A DNA stretch of 64,000 nucleotides from an uncultured Planctomycetota bacterium. Lineage in GTDB: Bacteria > Planctomycetota > Planctomycetia > Pirellulales > Lacipirellulaceae. This document shows positions 58,898-64,000 of this stretch, one piece after another (within the stretch, counting starts at the first letter, position 1; each line of letters starts with the position of its first letter). The position numbers and the translations under genes were made by a program. The DNA is taken from the NCBI GenBank assembly GCA_963719315.1, contig CAVRBU010000002.1, positions 1,344,001-1,408,000 on the forward strand. The letters run 5' to 3'. A model generated the notes under the pieces. It made no database searches, was not told the origin of the DNA, and saw nothing but the letters and a program-made list of their open reading frames with translations.

Positions 58898-59536
58898 GTG
58901 TCAATCACGACCAAAGCCCCCGCCCCCGCCCGCTTCGAATCCGAAATTGCCGCCTTCGAAGCCTACGACCACAAAAACGCCGCGCCGTCCAATCCAATTC
59001 TTTTCGTCGGCAGTTCCACGATCCGCCTCTGGCAAACGCACGACGCCTTCCCAGACCCCCCCATCATCAATCGCGGCTTCGGCGGCTCTACCATCGACAA
59101 CGTCAATCACTACGCCAATCGCATCGTCTTCAAATACAAGCCGCGGGTGATCGTCTTCTACGCCGGCGACAACGACATCGCCGCCGGCCGCACTCCCGAC
59201 CGCGTTTTCAGCGACTTCCAAACGTTCGCGAAGTCGGTCCACGATCGCCTGCAAGGTACGCTAATCATCTACCTCGCGATCAAACCGAGTATCGCCCGCT
59301 GGGAACTGTGGCCCAAAATGCAAGCAGTCAACATTCGCGTGAAAGACCTCGGCCGCGACAACGATCTCCTCACCTATGTCGACACCGCCCCTCCCCTCCT
59401 CGGCGACGACGGACAACCACAAAAAGCACTCTTCCGCGACGACGGACTGCACATGAGCCCCAAAGGCTACGCCGCCTGGAACAAACTCCTCGCGCCGATC
59501 CTTACTCCCGCTCCCACCAGGAGAGGGCCGAGGTGA
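58898..59536 (+). CDS. SGNH/GDSL hydrolase (probably exported; the real start may be upstream)
   Basis: 'FVGSSTI', 'NRGFGGS', 'YAGDNDI', 'DGLHM'; an in-frame hydrophobic segment lies upstream of the GTG. Confidence 0.9.
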   Translation: MSITTKAPAPARFESEIAAFEAYDHKNAAPSNPILFVGSSTIRLWQTHDAFPDPPIINRGFGGSTIDNVNHYANRIVFKYKPRVIVFYAGDNDIAAGRTPDRVFSDFQTFAKSVHDRLQGTLIIYLAIKPSIARWELWPKMQAVNIRVKDLGRDNDLLTYVDTAPPLLGDDGQPQKALFRDDGLHMSPKGYAAWNKLLAPILTPAPTRRGPR

Positions 59537-59708
59537 GAGTGCCCTGGGAAGGTTTCTCCAAAGCTCCAAGGCCCAATTTTGACCGTCTTGAATCTCCGTC
59601 GCTTTGCCGTTTCTGCCTTTCTGAACACGCCAAGAAAAAACTATCTCTCCACCTTCCTTGGTATCTCGGTCGTTCAATTCTTATGGACGCTCGCTAGTGC
59701 CTCATCCC

Positions 59709-60998
59709 ATGCACGCCACGCTCGACGACTGGATCGCCCGCGAAGCGATTCGGTTCACTACCGATTCGCCCGACCGCTTCAACGCCGCCGTCGATCAGGT
59801 CATCGCTTCTCTCGAATCCTCGCCTGAGAGCCCGCTGGAGTTGCTCGGCCTAGGCGAACCACTCCACCCTCTCCTCGGCGGCGAAGAATTTCTCGACTTT
59901 CGCAATCGGCTTTTCCATCGCCTGGTGGAAAAGCACGGCTTCACCGCTATCGCCGTCGAAAGCAGTTTTCCGCGAGCGCGCTTAGTGAACGATTACGTAA
60001 GCGCCGCCGGCGCGAGCGGCCCGGCATCCTATGCAGCCATCCAGGAAATCGGCTTCAGCCACGACTTCGGCCGGCTCGACGCGAATCGCGAACTCATCGA
60101 ATGGATGTGCCGATACAACGCCGAGCCTTCCAATCGCAACAAACTTCAGTTCTATGGCTTCGATAGCCCGACCGAAATGACTGGCACCGACAGCCCCCGC
60201 CAGCTTCTTCATTTCGCTCTCGATTATTTCGCCACGATCGATCCCGCCAGCAGCCAACAGCGTCGCGAACGCATCGACGCGCTTCTCGGACCCGACTCCG
60301 ATTGGGAGAACCCGGCCGCCATATTCGACCCGACCAAGTCAGTCGGCCAATCGCCAGCCGCAACGTCGCTCCGCATCGAAACAGAGGAGCTCATTTCGGA
60401 AATGAGCATTCGCCGCCCCGAACTAATAACGGCCAGCGACTCGAGCCGATATCTGGAAGCCGCGCAGCACGCCTCGTTAGCACGGCAGCTTCTGAACTAT
60501 CACGCCTGCCTCGCGCGCGCATCGAGCAATCGGCTCGCTGAAGGCCTCGGCATCCGCGACGCCATGATGGCCGACAATCTGGCATACATGGTGAACCGCG
60601 AGCGCGGCCGCGGCAAACTGCTGGCCTTCGCCCACAACAGCCATTTGCAACGCGGCCAGGCCCGCTGGCAACTCGGTGATAACGCCCTCGCCTGGTGGCC
60701 GGCCGGGGCACACCTCCACGAAATGCTCGGCCCGCGCTACGCCGTCATCGGCGCTGGAGTCGGCGTCTCCGAACCCAACGGCATCACCGCACCCGAGCGC
60801 GACACACTCGAAGCCCGCCTAATCGCCGCGCCGTCGCCCGCCGTGCTCATCCCAACCCACCAAGGCCAAGGCCTCCCCAGCTTAGAAATCGCCGCTCTCC
60901 GAACCCGCTCCGCCAGCACCAAAAACTCAACCTACTTCGCGTTCACACCACAAAGCATCACCGATTTCGACTGGCTGACATTGCTAAACAAATCGTGA
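59709..60998 (+). CDS. Erythromycin esterase family protein (EreA/EreB/ChaN-like fold)
   Basis: 'LLGLGEPLH', 'LVEKHGFTAIAVES', 'FYGFD', 'RDAMMADN', 'AHNSH'. Confidence 0.87.
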   Translation: MHATLDDWIAREAIRFTTDSPDRFNAAVDQVIASLESSPESPLELLGLGEPLHPLLGGEEFLDFRNRLFHRLVEKHGFTAIAVESSFPRARLVNDYVSAAGASGPASYAAIQEIGFSHDFGRLDANRELIEWMCRYNAEPSNRNKLQFYGFDSPTEMTGTDSPRQLLHFALDYFATIDPASSQQRRERIDALLGPDSDWENPAAIFDPTKSVGQSPAATSLRIETEELISEMSIRRPELITASDSSRYLEAAQHASLARQLLNYHACLARASSNRLAEGLGIRDAMMADNLAYMVNRERGRGKLLAFAHNSHLQRGQARWQLGDNALAWWPAGAHLHEMLGPRYAVIGAGVGVSEPNGITAPERDTLEARLIAAPSPAVLIPTHQGQGLPSLEIAALRTRSASTKNSTYFAFTPQSITDFDWLTLLNKS

Positions 60999-61254
60999 AT
61001 TTGACCCCGCCGACAGCCTCCGGCCCTTACGGAACTGAAATCGCACTCAACTTTCCAGGCCGCTTCTGCAAAGTCTCGTGGCGTCTTCCGATATCCACTC
61101 ACTTTATTCTCGTAGCATCTGTATTCAACAGCATCCTCTGCGAACAACATGATTTCTCTGCAATGATTGGCAACCGACTCACTGCCCGAGCGACGGCAGA
61201 ACGTTTTAGAGGAAATTCGAATGGATTAGTCGCGATCAATCTTTCACGCTGGTT

Positions 61255-62856
61255 TTAATGCGCAACGTGCGCCACGCCCGGCTTCGCCGACTCCATGAAT
61301 AGCACGAGCAGAATCATGAAGCCGGCAATCCATCCCAGCACATAAAAGATATCAATGTAGGACTGCATTGCGGCCTGTCGCTGAACTTCGCGCATGAGAA
61401 TCGCGAATGCCTTCACACCACCCGGCGTGGCCCCGACTTGCTCTGCCAAGCGCGGCACTCCCTCCCGATACGCTTGATCATAGGGCGTAAGATGTTCTAT
61501 CAGATGCGTCTGATGCCGTTGACTCCACTCCGCCAGCGCCGTCTGGCCAAGCGAAATGCCGAAGCTGCCGCCCAAATTTCTCATCACGTTGATAAGGGCT
61601 GATGCTTCATTCGTTTTGTCTTGTGGGATGCCGATATAGGCCGCCGACGTGACCGGTACGAACAGAAACGCGATTCCCACCGCCTGAAACACACGAGCCC
61701 ACATCAGGTGTCTGTAATTGACCTGGAGCGAAATCCCGCTCAGATGATGAAGAGTGGCTACTTCGATCAGTAAACCGATGGCGATCAATGTGCGCGGCTG
61801 AATCCTCCTCAGCAAATATCCTACGATCGGCATACAGACCATGACTGCGAATCCTCCGGGGGTGATGACGAGCCCCGAAAGTGTCGCCGTATAGCCAAGG
61901 AGGTCTTGTGTAAGCTGCGGCAATAGCTGGGTCGTTCCCAATAAGATGAACCCGATCCCAAACATGACGGCGCAGCATGCCGCGAATCCCCGATGTCCGA
62001 ACAGTCGAAGATCAACGATTGGTTTCTCTCGGGTCAATTCCCAGGGCACTAAAACGAGAAGTGCTACGACCGAAAAAGTAGCGAAAACAAGTATGAAATT
62101 CGACGAGAACCAATCTTCTCGTTCACCTTTGTCGAGCACCACCTGGAGGCAACCGAGTCCGACCGCCACTAGCCCAAACCCGATATAATCGACGTTCAGT
62201 CCTCTGGCCAAGAGCCTACGCCGTCGCTGCTCCTCGGCAGCCGGTGTTTTGAGCACAAAATAACTGAGGGCCAGCGAGGCTAAGCCAACTGGCACGTTTA
62301 TAAGAAACACCCACCGCCACGAGTAGTTGTCGGAAATCCATCCGCCCAGTGTTGGGCCAATGGCGGGAGCAAACACTACCGCGATTCCGTACAAGGCAAA
62401 CGCCATTCCGCGCTGCTTCGGCCGAAACGTATCGGCGAGAATCGACTGCTCGCTCGGAGCTAGCCCTCCTCCGCCCATACCTTGCAGGATACGGAATACG
62501 ATCAGCCAACCGAGCGACGGGGCAATCCCGCATAGCAGCGAACTAGTCGTAAACAGAGCAACGCAACCCATGTAGAATCGCTTCCGGCCCAGCGCGTTTG
62601 CCAGCCAACCGCTGATCGGCAGCACGATGGCATTGGAAACCAAATAGCTCGTCAACACCCATGTGCTTTCGTCCGGTCCTGCGGACAAGTCGCCTGCTAT
62701 GTAACGCAGCGAGACGTTGGCAATGGAAATGTCGAGCACTTCCATAAATGTAGCGATCGACACGACGAGCGCGACCAATCACGGGTTTCGATCGCCTGCC
62801 ATCGACATTGAGTCATCATCGTTACTCGGTAATGATGGAGACTCGTCAGCACTCAT
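61255..62856 (-). CDS. DHA2 (EmrB/QacA) MFS efflux permease with an in-frame TGA at codon 26 (possible pseudogene)
   Basis: 'ATFMEVLDISIANV', 'WVLTSYLV', 'FRILQGMGGG', 'APAIGPTLGGWI', 'WRWVFLINVPVG'. ATG 62856 overlaps the upstream stop; the frame reads 'RNP*LVA'. Confidence 0.9.
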
Positions 62857-64000
62857 CGTACTTTGACCATCGGTACTACGGACATTCCCGGGCCAAGGAC
62901 AATGTCGTTCGGCGGCGGCCCGTCGAATACAATTTTCACCGGTACGCGCTGCACGACCTTCACATAGTTCCCCGTCGCGTTTTCGGGGGGAAGCAAGCTG
63001 AATTGTGCTCCCGTGCCTCGCTGGAAGCTATCGACGTGGGCCGATAGAACGCGACCCGGGAAGGCGTCGATGCGTACGGTTGCAGCTTGGCCGACTTTCA
63101 TTTGCTCAAGCTGGGTTTCTTTGAAATTTCCTACCACCCAAAGCATGGGCTGCACGATGGCGAGGAGGGCTTGGCCGGGCTGGAGGTAATCGCCCTTTTC
63201 AACGGTTCGATGGGTGACGTGGCCAGGCACAGGAGCAGTGATCTTTGTATATCCGAAATTTAGCTCAGCCGACCGAACCTCAGCCTCCGCCTCTCGGACG
63301 TTCGCACGGGCAGTCGCCAACTCGGCTTGTTTGGCAGCCGTTTGGGCCTTGGCTTCGGCGGCCTTCGCTCGCGAGGAAGCCAAATCCGCAGCTGTCGTTC
63401 GAGCGTTTGCTTTGGCCTGGTCCAATTCTTGACCGGAAACAGCTTCCTCCACCGCCGCGTTTGCCATTTGAGCCCGCTCCAAGACGCGAGCGGCATTCGT
63501 TGCCGCCGCTTCGGCTGCCGTCACCACCGCTGCCGCCGACCGTTCCGTGGCTGCCGCGAGCGCGATCTGGGACTCCGCATCCTTGACCTTGTCCCGCGCT
63601 GCATCCAGTCCGGCGCGGGCCTGTGCAAGGGCTGCTTCATAGTCGGCAGAATCTATTTCGAGTAAAAGATCGCCGGCCCTCACAGCTTGATTATCGTCCA
63701 CGTGCAGTGCGGTCACATACCCAGATATCTTGGGATTGATTTGAGTGATACGACCGGCGATGAAGGCGTCGTCGGTCGACTCAAACTGTCGAGCATGGAG
63801 CCAATACAGGATTACCGCTAGCGTCAACAAGGCGGCTACCACGGCAGACGGAATCACGACTGTCAAGTGTTTGTAGAACGGAGGCTTGCGTGTCTCCTTC
63901 AAACGCTCGTCTGGACTTTGCGGATCACGCCTCGCCCTGGAATTTGCTACGGTCGAGGCGCTCGCATCAGTTCCATCTTTTCGCTCCGGCGAGTAGTTGC
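62853..64000 (-). CDS. HlyD/EmrA family membrane-fusion protein (frame open to the window edge, start uncertain)
   Basis: 'ESTDDAFI', 'TKITAPVPG', 'GNFKETQL', 'FSLLPPENATGNYVKVVQRVPVKI'. Confidence 0.93.
   Translation of the reverse strand, partial: NYSPERKDGTDASASTVANSRARRDPQSPDERLKETRKPPFYKHLTVVIPSAVVAALLTLAVILYWLHARQFESTDDAFIAGRITQINPKISGYVTALHVDDNQAVRAGDLLLEIDSADYEAALAQARAGLDAARDKVKDAESQIALAAATERSAAAVVTAAEAAATNAARVLERAQMANAAVEEAVSGQELDQAKANARTTAADLASSRAKAAEAKAQTAAKQAELATARANVREAEAEVRSAELNFGYTKITAPVPGHVTHRTVEKGDYLQPGQALLAIVQPMLWVVGNFKETQLEQMKVGQAATVRIDAFPGRVLSAHVDSFQRGTGAQFSLLPPENATGNYVKVVQRVPVKIVFDGPPPNDIVLGPGMSVVPMVKVR

Noticed and set aside
62779..62781. Alternative genetic code or selenocysteine at the TGA
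   Set aside because: TGA terminates nuoJ, gshB and emrA normally, and the expected residue is Trp rather than Cys.
1..64000. tRNA, rRNA, prophage or defence genes
   Set aside because: None recognised by eye; a tRNAscan/Infernal run would be needed to exclude small RNAs.

Overview
High-GC bacterial DNA, most likely a planctomycete (Pirellulales/Lacipirellulaceae-like, inferred from the GDYNxNGxVDAADY dockerins, the Cys-rich exported proteins and the gene style). Left to right: (1) the 3' 12.6 kb of a giant (>4,200 aa if fused) beta-helix surface protein ending in cohesin-dockerin-cohesin-dockerin; (2) a complex I membrane-arm operon nuoH-J-K-L-M-N without nuoI, plus a ferritin-like gene; (3) tatD, two Cys-rich exported proteins, an M42 peptidase, a PepSY-like protein and a gluzincin; (4) a gshB-like ligase, peroxiredoxin, CFA-type methyltransferase, ybdK and mqnD; (5) a minus-strand flagellar cluster flgF-G-A-H-I-J-N-K-L-fliW-csrA-fliC-fliD-fliS with sigma54 and sigma28 promoter motifs; (6) zincin, hemC, DUF502, comF, lptF/G, yihY and a cyclophilin; (7) an IS4-family element with perfect 18-bp IRs and a 9-bp TSD, then an SGNH hydrolase, an erythromycin esterase and an EmrAB-like efflux pair. 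The least explained signal is a dense population of short palindromic elements whose arms are built from 7-10-nt tandem units, plus GTAG-type REP doublets. They sit at many gene junctions, are translated in frame inside hemC, a methyltransferase and the FlgH signal peptide, and one is the IS target. Other notable signals are a structured ~300-nt flagellin leader, an orphan sigma54 motif, and frameshifts that fall in GCGC or CCAGG contexts (probably sequencing artefacts). All calls come from reading motifs; no searches were run.
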